Assembly: GCA_036803205.1 (NCBI GenBank)
Contig: DAIRUS010000001.1
Span: 20,290 to 84,289 of the forward strand
From: a bacterium
GTDB taxonomy: Bacteria > Patescibacteriota > Minisyncoccia > Minisyncoccales > GBS-2
Length of the DNA: 64,000 nt
Direction: 5' to 3'
Part shown: piece by piece, positions 19,047 through 28,218 of the stretch
Layout: each line of letters opens with the position of its first letter
Position numbering within the stretch: the first letter of the stretch is position 1
The notes under the pieces: model-generated
The model's database searches: none
What the model was told of the DNA's origin: nothing
What the model saw: the letters and a program-made list of their open reading frames with translations, nothing else
Translations under genes and position numbers: made by a program

Positions 19047-19688
19047 ATGAAAAAAATAAATAAGCATAAATTTATGACCAATAACCAAATTAATCAGGAG
19101 GAACTTCAGAGATTGCTTGAGCTTCCGGGCAAAGTCAGGGGACAGGTGTTTATAACTGATTTCAAATATATCAAAGAGAAAGAAGGAAAGAGAGGGCTAG
19201 AGATTTTAAAAAAAAGAATGGAAAAATTGGGAAACCCAATTGATTACGAAAGGATAAAAACATTTGATTGGTATCCAGTCGGCCTGAGGGCCGTTTCTTT
19301 GTTGGTTATTAAAGAAACCTTTGGTTTTAGAGAGAAAGAGATTTCTGTAATGGGGAATTCAGCCCCAAAATATTCTTTCATTGTTAAATTGATAATGAAA
19401 TATTTTTTTTCTCTCCACAAAGTTTTTCAAGAGTCCCCAAAGTATTGGAAAAAGCATTATAACGTCGGTGAGCTAGAGACAGTGGAACTTAACGAAAAAG
19501 AAAAATATCTTATTGTCCGTTTAAAAGATTTTAAAGTCCACCCCATTTTATGTAATTACTTATTTGAAGATGGTTATTTTTTAAGACTCGCTCAATATGT
19601 CTTAGAAAGTCCAAACATTACCTCAAGAGAGACTAAGTGTATGTTTAAGGACGACCCCTATCATGAGTGCTTAATAAAGTGGGAATAA
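19047..19688 (+). CDS. V4R-like (4-vinyl-reductase-type) small-molecule-binding domain protein, paralog A
   Basis: C-terminal pattern ELETVELNEKEKYLIVRLKDF...CNYLFEDGYF...ETKCMFKDDPYHECLIKW fits V4R-like G.LE.VE...V...C.f..GY...ETkC..G...C.F (judged from memory). Paralogous to the next gene. Confidence 0.4.
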   Translation: MKKINKHKFMTNNQINQEELQRLLELPGKVRGQVFITDFKYIKEKEGKRGLEILKKRMEKLGNPIDYERIKTFDWYPVGLRAVSLLVIKETFGFREKEISVMGNSAPKYSFIVKLIMKYFFSLHKVFQESPKYWKKHYNVGELETVELNEKEKYLIVRLKDFKVHPILCNYLFEDGYFLRLAQYVLESPNITSRETKCMFKDDPYHECLIKWE

Positions 19689-19691
19689 ATT

Positions 19692-20297
19692 ATGGTCGAC
19701 CCAAAAGAGGAATTTGGAAAATTAAATTTGGAAGCAATTAAAGGCGAGGTAATTGGTCTGGCCCTAGAAAACCATTTTAAATTTATTCTCGAAAAATACG
19801 GTCCAGAGGAAGTAAAGAGGCTTGAGGAAGGTTTGGCAAAATTGGGATATTCTCTTAAACACCAAGAGATAGAAAATTTTAAGTGGTATCCAAGAAAAAT
19901 AGACGAAGCTATCTATTTTGTGCTGAAAAAGATGCTTAACTGGGAAGACGAGATTTTCAGAGAAAGTGGAAAACTAGGAGCAAAAATTTCTTATATTACC
20001 CGGGTTATGATGCGTTATTTTGTTTCGTTAGAACGGATTTTTCAAGAAGTGGGCAACTATTGGCGAAAATACTACACCGTTGGTCATTTAAAGCCAGTGG
20101 AACTTAGCCTTAAAGAAAGATATTTTATTCTGGAGTTAGAAGATTTTCCAATCGTCTGCTCCGAACACTGTCGGTATTGGGAGGGGTATTTTTGGCAAAT
20201 TACCTCTCATGTTTTACCAAAAGAAAATTTAAAACTATGGGAAACAGGCTGTCCTCTTAAAGGAGCCAAGGTCCATCGTTTTAAAGCTACTTGGTAA
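19692..20297 (+). CDS. V4R-like domain protein, paralog B
   Basis: YWRKYYTVGHLKPVELSLKERYFILELEDFPIVCSEHCRYWEGYF...ETGCPLKGAKVHRFKATW aligns with paralog A. Confidence 0.4.
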   Translation: MVDPKEEFGKLNLEAIKGEVIGLALENHFKFILEKYGPEEVKRLEEGLAKLGYSLKHQEIENFKWYPRKIDEAIYFVLKKMLNWEDEIFRESGKLGAKISYITRVMMRYFVSLERIFQEVGNYWRKYYTVGHLKPVELSLKERYFILELEDFPIVCSEHCRYWEGYFWQITSHVLPKENLKLWETGCPLKGAKVHRFKATW

Positions 20298-20309
20298 TTT
20301 TTTATTGGA

Positions 20310-20891
20310 ATGGAGGAAAAAGATTCTCAAAAAATTATTATTGAACAACTTTCCCAGGATTTAGAAGATTTGGGAGGTTATTTACAGGACCTTTGGCAAT
20401 TTTTGCCCTTACCGATTCTTTATGTCAACCCCCTTTTTATTATTCTGGATGTTAATCAGGCCGTGGAAAGGGTTTTTGGCCTTAAAGCAATGGATTTGAT
20501 TGGAGAAAAGATAGAGAAGCTTTTGAAGAGCGAATTGACCGTCAAGATTCTCGAAGAAATTTCAAAAGAAAAAAAAATTGAAAATAGAGAATTAAAGTTA
20601 GTAACCAAAGAAGAAAAGAAAGTGTTTAGCCTCTCGGCCAGCAGTCGTCGAGACGCTGAAGGCAACATTATTGGTTATTATTTTTCTTTCTTTGACATCA
20701 CTCTTTTAAAGGAACTTCAAGAAAAATTAGAAGAAAAGGTAAAGGAGAGAACAAAAGAATTAGAAGAAAAAATTGTTCAACTTGAGACTTTTCAACGACT
20801 TACAGTCGGCCGGGAATTAAAGATGATAGAATTAAAAAAAGAAATAGAAAAATTAAGAACTCAATTGAAAAAGGTCGAAAAAAGGAAATAG
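20310..20891 (+). CDS. cytoplasmic PAS-domain protein with C-terminal signalling-helix/coiled-coil tail
   Basis: PAS-like ILDVNQAVERVFGLKAMDLIGEKIEKLL. S-helix repeat VKERTKELEEK. C-terminal motif FQRLTVGRELKMIELKKEIEKL shared with the 21713 gene and the HK. Confidence 0.6.
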   Translation: MEEKDSQKIIIEQLSQDLEDLGGYLQDLWQFLPLPILYVNPLFIILDVNQAVERVFGLKAMDLIGEKIEKLLKSELTVKILEEISKEKKIENRELKLVTKEEKKVFSLSASSRRDAEGNIIGYYFSFFDITLLKELQEKLEEKVKERTKELEEKIVQLETFQRLTVGRELKMIELKKEIEKLRTQLKKVEKRK

Positions 20892-20900
20892 ATCGTTTTT

Positions 20901-21704
20901 ATGAAAAACATAAATCTCATCTTTGTTTCAATTCTGTCAATTCTGATTGTTGTATTGGTAGGAGGGTTTGTTTATTATTGGTTTTTGTCTTCTCTTGGTA
21001 AAAAAGAAGTTGTTGACCCTAAAATTAAAGAGATAATTAGTCGGGGTAAAATTTTAGTCGGGACGGAAGCCGCTTATCCTCCTATGGAATATTTTGACGA
21101 GACCGGCAATTTTGTCGGTTTTGACATTGATTTAGCCAAAGAAATCGCTTCCGATCTTGGAGTGGGGGTGGATTTTAAAAATCTTCCTTGGGTAGAAATT
21201 TTTGATTCAGTAATGAAAGGCGAAGTCGATATGATAATTTCTGCCATCGCTATTACTCCAGAAAGACTTGAGGCTTTAAGCTTTTCTGATCCCTACCTTA
21301 ATGTTGGCCAGGTTATTGTTACTAAAAAAGATTTAGTCATTCAAGGAGTAGAAGACCTTCAAGGAAAAATTATAGGCGTTCAAAAAGGAACAATAAGTGA
21401 AGAAGAAGCAAAAAAACGCACCGACCTTTCTCTCGTCAAAAGTTATGCCAATTATTCTTTAGTTAAAGAAGCCCTTTTTCGAGGAGAGATTGAAGTAATT
21501 CTGATTGATTACCCGGCCGGAATAAAAATGGTGGCCCAAGACGAGGAGTTGAAAATTGTTGGAGAGCCTTTCACTCAAGAATTTTATAGCGTAGCAGTTC
21601 AGAAAGGTCAAGAGGTTCTTTTGGCGAGAATTAATCAGACAATCAGGAGACTAAAACAAACAGGAAAATTAAGGGCTTTAGAAGAAAAATGGCTGAGCGA
21701 ATAA
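20901..21704 (+). CDS. periplasmic substrate-binding protein, family 3 (amino-acid-binding type), membrane-anchored
   Basis: N-terminal TM, then KILVGTEAAYPPMEYFDETGNFVGFDIDLAKEIA (SBP_bac_3-like). Confidence 0.7.
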   Translation: MKNINLIFVSILSILIVVLVGGFVYYWFLSSLGKKEVVDPKIKEIISRGKILVGTEAAYPPMEYFDETGNFVGFDIDLAKEIASDLGVGVDFKNLPWVEIFDSVMKGEVDMIISAIAITPERLEALSFSDPYLNVGQVIVTKKDLVIQGVEDLQGKIIGVQKGTISEEEAKKRTDLSLVKSYANYSLVKEALFRGEIEVILIDYPAGIKMVAQDEELKIVGEPFTQEFYSVAVQKGQEVLLARINQTIRRLKQTGKLRALEEKWLSE

Positions 21705-21712
21705 TCATCTAA

Positions 21713-22792
21713 ATGAAAATACGACTTTCTCTCCAAATTAAATTAGTTTTAACGACAGCGGTGGTAGTGATTTTTGCTTTTTCAATTTTGGCTTATTTAA
21801 CCATCGAGAGTCAAAGGAAATTTTTTCAATCTATTTTTCAAAATTTAGCTATCAATGTAGCCCAAACTCTTGAGGCTAATATTACTACCAATAAAGACCT
21901 CGAAGATAGGGCTAAACTTTTATCAAATATATTGAAAATAGTCAGTGGAGAGAGTGGGGTTGGGCCCTGGATAGTTTTGATTAATATAAATCTACCCGAC
22001 AATGGCGTCCTTAAAACAGTAGTTTCCAACAATAGTATTTTGATTGGGACAAAACCATCGCCGGAAAATTTTTACACTTATCGTGATGGAAAAACGCGAC
22101 TAAGTAAAATCAAGGGACCAGACCAAACTGAACTATTAAATGTCATTACCCCTATCAATATTGGAGGTGAAAAAGTGGGCACTTATGAGATAAGATTATC
22201 TCTCCAGGAATTAGAAGAGACAATTTCTAAAACTCAGAGACAATTTCTAATAACGACATTTATTTCGGTTACTTTTATTATTTTTAGCCTTTATTTTTTG
22301 ATGAAACTGACGGTTATTAATCCAGTCAAAGAAATGCAACTTGGCATGAAAGAAGTTGGCGAGGGTCATCTTGATTTTCGGATTAAAACGAAAAGAAAAG
22401 ATGAATTTGGAGATTTAATCCTAGGATTTAATCAAATGGTTGACAGGCTTCAAGAAAGTTATCATAAATTAAAAGAGATTCAAAAGAATCTTGAAAAAAT
22501 GGTTCAAGAGAGAACCCAAAAATTAGAGGAGGCCAAATCGGTCCTTGAAATAAAAGTGAGAGCTAGAACTCGAGAATTAAAAGATTTAACCTCTGTTCTT
22601 GAAGAAAAAGTTAGAGAAAGGACCAAAGAACTTCGAGCCAGCCAAGAAGAACTTCAAAAGAAAATTAAGGAATTGGAGAAATTTCAGAAATTAGCGATTG
22701 GTCGAGAGCTAAAAATGGTAGAAATGAAAAAGAAAATTAAAGAGTTGGAAGAAAAATTAAGACCCCAAAACCAAAACGGTTCTCCAAAATGA
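21713..22792 (+). CDS. membrane sensor with HAMP domain and signalling helix but no kinase domain; paralog of the N-terminal half of the HK at 25074
   Basis: Two TM helices flank a periplasmic region. HAMP KDEFGDLILGFNQMVDRL matches the HK's KDEFEDLAITFNEMVKEL. S-helix repeats VQERTQKLEE / VRARTRELKD / VRERTKELRA. Ends in GRELKMVEMKKKIKELEEKL with no HisKA/HATPase. Confidence 0.65.
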   Translation: MKIRLSLQIKLVLTTAVVVIFAFSILAYLTIESQRKFFQSIFQNLAINVAQTLEANITTNKDLEDRAKLLSNILKIVSGESGVGPWIVLININLPDNGVLKTVVSNNSILIGTKPSPENFYTYRDGKTRLSKIKGPDQTELLNVITPINIGGEKVGTYEIRLSLQELEETISKTQRQFLITTFISVTFIIFSLYFLMKLTVINPVKEMQLGMKEVGEGHLDFRIKTKRKDEFGDLILGFNQMVDRLQESYHKLKEIQKNLEKMVQERTQKLEEAKSVLEIKVRARTRELKDLTSVLEEKVRERTKELRASQEELQKKIKELEKFQKLAIGRELKMVEMKKKIKELEEKLRPQNQNGSPK

Positions 22793-23781
22793 CCATAAAG
22801 ACAATTTTAATTGCCTTACTTATCTTTTTTCTTCTTTTTTACTCTCTTTACTTTTGTTGGTATTCTTTCTTTTTTACTCTTCCGGCGGAAAAACTGGAAG
22901 TTTTCCCGCCGGAACAACCGAAAAGAGGACCTGGTGGGAAAGATTATCTTGCCCAAGGGGTGGAAATCTTTGAACTAAGGAAAAATGGCGAGACTGTTTT
23001 TTTGTTTTTACCAAAAGGAGTTGACTTGAATTCTCAACCAGTTCTTTTAGTTTTTTTTCAATTTACTTTTGACCACTGGCAACGTCTTACTAAAAACGCC
23101 AACCTTCTTCATTTAGCTAAAAAAGGAAATATTGTTGTTGTGCCGGTTTATCAAAGGTCAATTTGGGACCCGTTTGATTCCCAAAAATTGATTAGTAAAA
23201 GTTATGAATTAACCAAAGAGGCTTTTGCTAAAATAAGAGAGCTTGCTCCCCAAAACGATTTTTCCAACTTTGCCATTTTAGGAATTTCTTTAGGCAGTGC
23301 AATTGCTACTCAGATTATTAATACCGACCTGCCTTCAACCCAAGCTTTAATTCTTATTGTTCCTACCGAAGGATTACCTTTAATTTCTCCCCGAATTTAT
23401 GGAGTTCCTTTTGGGGATTTAAAAGTACTTTCTTATAATTCTTTTTTGGTTGGTATTTTAGCCGAAAAAGATCACATCGTTTTTCAGTCTCGGATTGAAA
23501 AATTATTTAAACAAGCCGTTCCAAGAGAAAAACATCTTTTCAAAATTCCCTCTGATAATTACGGAAGTCCGCCAGTTATTAGTAACCATTTAAGCTTTTT
23601 TAATCAGTTTAATGTTCTTAATTTTTATGGCTACCTGAAAATTGTTGACGCGACTTTAAGTTGCCTTTTTTACAACCGGGATTGTGCAATTGCCAAAGGA
23701 GAAAGCGAGGAAGCTTTTTCGATGGGAAAATGGAGCGATGGTCGGCCGATTAATCAAATTATAAAAATTTTTCCCAAATAA
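22789..23781 (+). CDS. membrane-anchored alpha/beta-hydrolase-fold protein (esterase/lipase-like)
   Basis: N-terminal TM. Nucleophile elbow GISLGS (GxSxG). Confidence 0.5.
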   Translation: MTIKTILIALLIFFLLFYSLYFCWYSFFFTLPAEKLEVFPPEQPKRGPGGKDYLAQGVEIFELRKNGETVFLFLPKGVDLNSQPVLLVFFQFTFDHWQRLTKNANLLHLAKKGNIVVVPVYQRSIWDPFDSQKLISKSYELTKEAFAKIRELAPQNDFSNFAILGISLGSAIATQIINTDLPSTQALILIVPTEGLPLISPRIYGVPFGDLKVLSYNSFLVGILAEKDHIVFQSRIEKLFKQAVPREKHLFKIPSDNYGSPPVISNHLSFFNQFNVLNFYGYLKIVDATLSCLFYNRDCAIAKGESEEAFSMGKWSDGRPINQIIKIFPK

Positions 23782-23966
23782 GAATTTACGATTAATACTT
23801 TATTGCTATTAACTGTTAGTCGAGAAATAAAAATGATAGAATTAAAAAAAAGAATTAAAGAATCAGAAGAAAAATTAAAAAACAAATAGAAAAAATCATT
23901 ATTTTATCTTTTTGTCAAATTTTCCAAAAAGGTCGGGCTAAACTTTAAACTTTTTTAAATCAAAAT

Positions 23967-25058
23967 ATGGCTAAAAAAATTTGGTTAATTTTGTTTTTAA
24001 ATTTAATAATCCTAATTATTGGTGGTGCAATTTTTCTCTCAAGAAAACCTTCTCCTCCACTTCCTTCCCCAACTAAGGAAAGAGAACTCAATATTTTTAA
24101 TTGGGAAGATTATCTTTCTGAAGAAGTGATTAAAGATTTCGAGGCTAAATTTGGAATTGAAGTTAATCTCGATACTTTTGGAGAGAGCGAAGAAATGTTT
24201 TCGGTTCTCCAGTCACAGCCAGACAAATACGATTTAGTAGTGACCGATGACCGGATGGTGATTTTAATGAAAAATTTAAAATTACTTTCTCCCCTTGATC
24301 ATTCCCAATTACCTAACTTGAAATATCTCAAACCCCAAATGAAGGAAAACGCTTATGATCCCGGTAATATTTATTGTCTTCCCTATGTTTCAGGTTTCAC
24401 CGGAATTGCTATTAATGAAAAACACGTCAAAGATTTTGACGGAAGGCGAAAAATTCTTTGGGACGAAAAATATAAAGGAAAAATTAGTTTACCCAATATT
24501 TCGGAAGAGGTTCTTTTTAACGCCCTTTTTTATCTTGGTTATTCAATTAATACCCCTAATCAAAATCAGTTAGAAGAAGCAATTAATTTAGTTTTAAAAC
24601 AAAAACCTTTAGTCATCGGCTATGACGATCCAATCAGACAAAGAGAATTGCTGATTAACGAAGAGGCCTGGATTGCCTATATTTACTCGACCGAAATTGA
24701 ACCAATTCAAAGAATCAACCCTGACATTAAATTCTTCGCGCCAAAAGAAGGGGTTTTGCTCTGGACTGATAATTGGTGTATTCCTAAAGATGCTCCTCAT
24801 AAAACTGCTGCCCACCAATTTTTGAATTATCTTTTCGAACCAGAGGTAAATGCCAAAAATTCCCAAGTAATTGGAGTAATGACGGTGAACGAAAAAGCTC
24901 AAGATTTTCTTTCGGCCGAATTTAAAAAAAGAATGGAGGGACTTGATTTTCCTTTAGAGGAAGAAACATTTTCGAAAAGTCAATACTTTACCGAAATTTT
25001 GGATATCAAAATCAGGGAAGCAGTTAATCGATTAGAGGCCGAATTGTTTACTGATTAA
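23967..25058 (+). CDS. periplasmic solute-binding protein, family 1 (PotD/PotF polyamine-binding-like), membrane-anchored
   Basis: N-terminal TM, then LNIFNWEDYLSEEVIKDFEAKFGIEVNLDTFGESEEMFSVLQ, the PotD-like N-terminus. Confidence 0.65.
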   Translation: MAKKIWLILFLNLIILIIGGAIFLSRKPSPPLPSPTKERELNIFNWEDYLSEEVIKDFEAKFGIEVNLDTFGESEEMFSVLQSQPDKYDLVVTDDRMVILMKNLKLLSPLDHSQLPNLKYLKPQMKENAYDPGNIYCLPYVSGFTGIAINEKHVKDFDGRRKILWDEKYKGKISLPNISEEVLFNALFYLGYSINTPNQNQLEEAINLVLKQKPLVIGYDDPIRQRELLINEEAWIAYIYSTEIEPIQRINPDIKFFAPKEGVLLWTDNWCIPKDAPHKTAAHQFLNYLFEPEVNAKNSQVIGVMTVNEKAQDFLSAEFKKRMEGLDFPLEEETFSKSQYFTEILDIKIREAVNRLEAELFTD

Positions 25059-25073
25059 TTTTTAAATGAAAAG

Positions 25074-27383
25074 ATGAAAAGTTTTAAAATATCATTTAGA
25101 ACAAAAACTATTTTTGTTTTACTTTTCTTTGGGATGGCGCCTCTTTTTCTGAACGGTCTTTTTACTCTTTTTAGTTCTGAAAGTTTTCTTAAAGCAAGAA
25201 CCAGCCAAAATTTAGAGGAGATAAATAAATTAGTGGCTGGCCAAATTGAAAATTTTATTACTGAAGCCTTCAAGAGTGTTATTATCTTTTCCCAAAACCC
25301 TATTCTTGCCTCGCTAGAAGTTTCCCTAGAAGAAAAAGCATCTGAGATAGAAAAACAAGCTTTTTATTATCCAATCTTTCAGGATATTACCCTTCTTGAT
25401 AGAAATGGTCGCCTTCTTACTTCTTCTTCATTCAAATTTTATGGTAAATGGACGAGTAATTTTTGGTTTTTGGAGGCGAAAGAAAAGAAAAAAGTTGTGA
25501 TGTCTGACCTTTATGCAACGGTTGATGTTACTCAACCAATTTTGGCTTTTTTTGTTCCCATTGTTAATCAAGAAGGAGAAATTAATTTTTTCATCGTTAC
25601 TCAGATTAACACTGATAGATTTTTAGAGATAATTAGTTCAGTTACTGTCGGCGAAAGAGGACAGGTTTTTTTAATCAATTCAAGAGGAGATATTATTGCC
25701 CACCTTTATCGTTCCATTCTTTTTGAAAAAATTTCTCCAACTTATCCTCTAAAAATGGCCAGCCTTATGAAAAAGGGTGAAGTTAATTTTGATTTCCGCG
25801 GGGAAGAAATGATTGGTAATTTTAGGGTTATTGAAAGCTTTCAGCAATATCCCGGCAAAAACTGGCATTTAATTGTAGCCCAACCCAAACAAGAAGCTCT
25901 TAGTTTAGTGAGAGAGATTAGAAATCAAACTATTCTCTTCTTAATCTTCTCTTCTTTAGCCATTATTTTAATCGCCTCTTTTTTGGGTAAATACATCACC
26001 CAACCTTTGGAAAAACTGGCTTTGGCAGCAAAAAAAGTTTCGGCTGGCGATTTCCAGGTTCAGGTAGATATTCACACTAAAGATGAGTTCGAAGATTTGG
26101 CAATTACTTTTAACGAAATGGTGAAAGAATTAAAAAATTTTTACACCTTTTTAGAAGAAACTAAGAAAAATTTGGAAGCCCAAGTGAAAGCGCGGACGGA
26201 AGAACTAGAAGTTTTAGCTAGCAATCTTGAGAAAGAAGTTAGGAGGCGAACAGAAGAGCTTCAAAGAAGAATTCAAGAATTAGGAAACTCAAGAATTGCT
26301 TTAATGAATATCTTAGAGGATGTCGAAGCAGCTAGAAAAAAAGCTGAAGAGGAAAGAGATAAAACCACAGCTTTATTTGTTAATTTTGCCGACGGCCTCT
26401 TATTTTTTGACCAAAAAAACAATTTTTCAATGATTAATCCTCAGGCAGAAATCTTTTTCAACGTTAAGGGAAAAGAAATAATTGGTCGCAACATTCTAGA
26501 GTTTTCCCATCTTCCAGGGCTATCTTCTTTGGTACAATTTTTAGGAAAAGAACCGAGAAAAATTTTTAGAGAAGAACTATTTCTTAGAGAAGATCTGGTT
26601 TTAGAAGTTTCAACCGTCTCTATAGGAGAAACGGGTATCCTGGTTATTTTGCGTGACGTCACCCGAGAAAAAATGGTTGAAAGAATGAAGACCGAATTTG
26701 TTTCTCTTGCTGCTCATCAATTGAGGACACCGCTTTCAGCGATTAAATGGACCCTCCAAATGTTTTTAGAAGGAGATCTGGGCAAGATAACGGAAGAGCA
26801 AAGGGAGTTTGTTGAAAAAACTTATCAGGCAAATGAAAGAATGATTAGATTAATCAACGACCTTTTGAATGTCGCGCGGATTGAAGAAGGAAGATATCTT
26901 TATAAGCCCATCCTTTCCGATCTTGGATTAATTGTTGAATCTGTGGTAGACTTTTATAAAGAGGAGGCTGAAAGAAAAGGGGTTAAAATTAAATTTGAAA
27001 AGAAGGAAAAATTACCAAAGGTTAAAGTGGATGAAGAAAAGATAAAATTAGCCGCTACCAATTTAATTGACAATGCAATCGAGTATACTCCAAAAGGAGG
27101 GGAAGTGACAATTTGCCTTAAAAGTGATAAAAAAGAAATAGAGTTTTCAGTTCAAGATACAGGAATAGGGATTCCCGAAAATCAAAAAGAAAGAGTTTTT
27201 ACCAAATTTTTCAGAGCGGCTAATGCAATGAGAATACAAACGGAAGGAACAGGGTTAGGGCTTTTCATTACAAAAAATATTATTGAAGCTCATAAAGGTC
27301 GAATTTGGTTTCAATCAAAAGAAGGAGAAGGAACAACTTTTTATTTCACCTTACCTATTGCAGAAGAAGGAGAAAATTTTTGA
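25074..27383 (+). CDS. sensor histidine kinase (periplasmic sensor domain, HAMP, S-helix, PAS, HisKA, HATPase_c)
   Basis: Two TM helices around a periplasmic domain. HAMP KDEFEDLAITFNEMV. HisKA H-box FVSLAAHQLRTPLSAI. N-box LIDNAIEYT. G-boxes DTGIGI / GTGLGL. Confidence 0.85.
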   Translation: MKSFKISFRTKTIFVLLFFGMAPLFLNGLFTLFSSESFLKARTSQNLEEINKLVAGQIENFITEAFKSVIIFSQNPILASLEVSLEEKASEIEKQAFYYPIFQDITLLDRNGRLLTSSSFKFYGKWTSNFWFLEAKEKKKVVMSDLYATVDVTQPILAFFVPIVNQEGEINFFIVTQINTDRFLEIISSVTVGERGQVFLINSRGDIIAHLYRSILFEKISPTYPLKMASLMKKGEVNFDFRGEEMIGNFRVIESFQQYPGKNWHLIVAQPKQEALSLVREIRNQTILFLIFSSLAIILIASFLGKYITQPLEKLALAAKKVSAGDFQVQVDIHTKDEFEDLAITFNEMVKELKNFYTFLEETKKNLEAQVKARTEELEVLASNLEKEVRRRTEELQRRIQELGNSRIALMNILEDVEAARKKAEEERDKTTALFVNFADGLLFFDQKNNFSMINPQAEIFFNVKGKEIIGRNILEFSHLPGLSSLVQFLGKEPRKIFREELFLREDLVLEVSTVSIGETGILVILRDVTREKMVERMKTEFVSLAAHQLRTPLSAIKWTLQMFLEGDLGKITEEQREFVEKTYQANERMIRLINDLLNVARIEEGRYLYKPILSDLGLIVESVVDFYKEEAERKGVKIKFEKKEKLPKVKVDEEKIKLAATNLIDNAIEYTPKGGEVTICLKSDKKEIEFSVQDTGIGIPENQKERVFTKFFRAANAMRIQTEGTGLGLFITKNIIEAHKGRIWFQSKEGEGTTFYFTLPIAEEGENF

Positions 27384-27393
27384 AAACGAAACC

Positions 27394-27765
27394 ATGAAAA
27401 AGAAAATTTTATTAGTGGAGGATGAAGAGATAATAAGAAATCTTCTTAAAAAGAAATTAGAACAAGAAGGTTATGAAGTAAAAATAGCGATAGACGGTGA
27501 AGATGGTCTAAAAGCAATGCGGAACGAAAAACCAAACCTTGTTTTGTTAGATATTATCATGCCAAAATTGAGCGGATTTGAAGTGATGGAAGAAATACAA
27601 AAGAACGAAGAATTAAAGATGATTCCGGTTATCGTAATTTCAAATTCAGGCCAGCCAGTTGAATTAGATAAGGCCAAAAAATTAGGGGCAAAAGATTGGT
27701 TAATAAAAACAGAATTTGACCCCCAAGAGGTAGTTGCCAAAGTAGTAAAACAAATAGGGAGATAG
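27394..27765 (+). CDS. single-domain response regulator (receiver only)
   Basis: KKILLVEDEEIIRNLL...LLDIIMPKLSGFEV...KDWLIK. Conserved acidic pocket, phospho-Asp and Lys. Start placed at MKKKILLVEDE. Confidence 0.8.
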   Translation: MKKKILLVEDEEIIRNLLKKKLEQEGYEVKIAIDGEDGLKAMRNEKPNLVLLDIIMPKLSGFEVMEEIQKNEELKMIPVIVISNSGQPVELDKAKKLGAKDWLIKTEFDPQEVVAKVVKQIGR

Positions 27766-27766
27766 T

Positions 27767-28135
27767 ATGGCAAAGAAAATTCTTATTATAGAAGATGACA
27801 AATTTTTGAGAGAGCTTATTTCCCGAAAACTTGAGAATGAAGGATATTCGATTGTTGAAGCTGTTGATGGAGAAGAAGGAATCAAGAAAATAAGAGATGA
27901 ACCTCCAGATTTAGTTTTACTTGATTTAATTTTACCCGGAATTGATGGTTTTGAATTTTTAACCAGAGTAAAACAAGATCCAACTCTAGCTCCCATTCCG
28001 GTTATTGTTTTATCTAATCTTGGGCAGAGGGAAGAAATTGAAAAAGGATTAAAATTGGGAGCGATCGACTACCTGGTGAAAGCTCATTTTACTCCAGGAG
28101 AGATTGTCGAAAAGATTAAAAACGCTCTTAGATAG
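27767..28135 (+). CDS. single-domain response regulator (receiver only)
   Basis: KKILIIEDDKFLRELI...LLDLILPGIDGFEF...IDYLVK. 122 aa, no output domain. Confidence 0.8.
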   Translation: MAKKILIIEDDKFLRELISRKLENEGYSIVEAVDGEEGIKKIRDEPPDLVLLDLILPGIDGFEFLTRVKQDPTLAPIPVIVLSNLGQREEIEKGLKLGAIDYLVKAHFTPGEIVEKIKNALR

Positions 28136-28218
28136 TCTTGAATAGTTAAAGAAGCTTCATATTAAAGGCGTAAAACAGCGAAAAAGATGAAGTGTTTTAG
28201 GGATACGCCTTGATGACT

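Noticed and set aside
28136-28209. Nested inverted repeats (CTTCAT...ATGAAG; GGCGTA...TACGCC) after the second response regulator, considered as an attenuator or terminator
   Set aside because: The loops are 25-33 nt, there is no T-tract, and the fpg start follows directly. Probably weak or incidental structure.
28210-28218. TTG/ATG upstream starts giving MMTMPELPEV for fpg
   Set aside because: Fpg requires Pro2 as the catalytic N-terminal residue after Met removal, so the start is at MPELPEV (28219).
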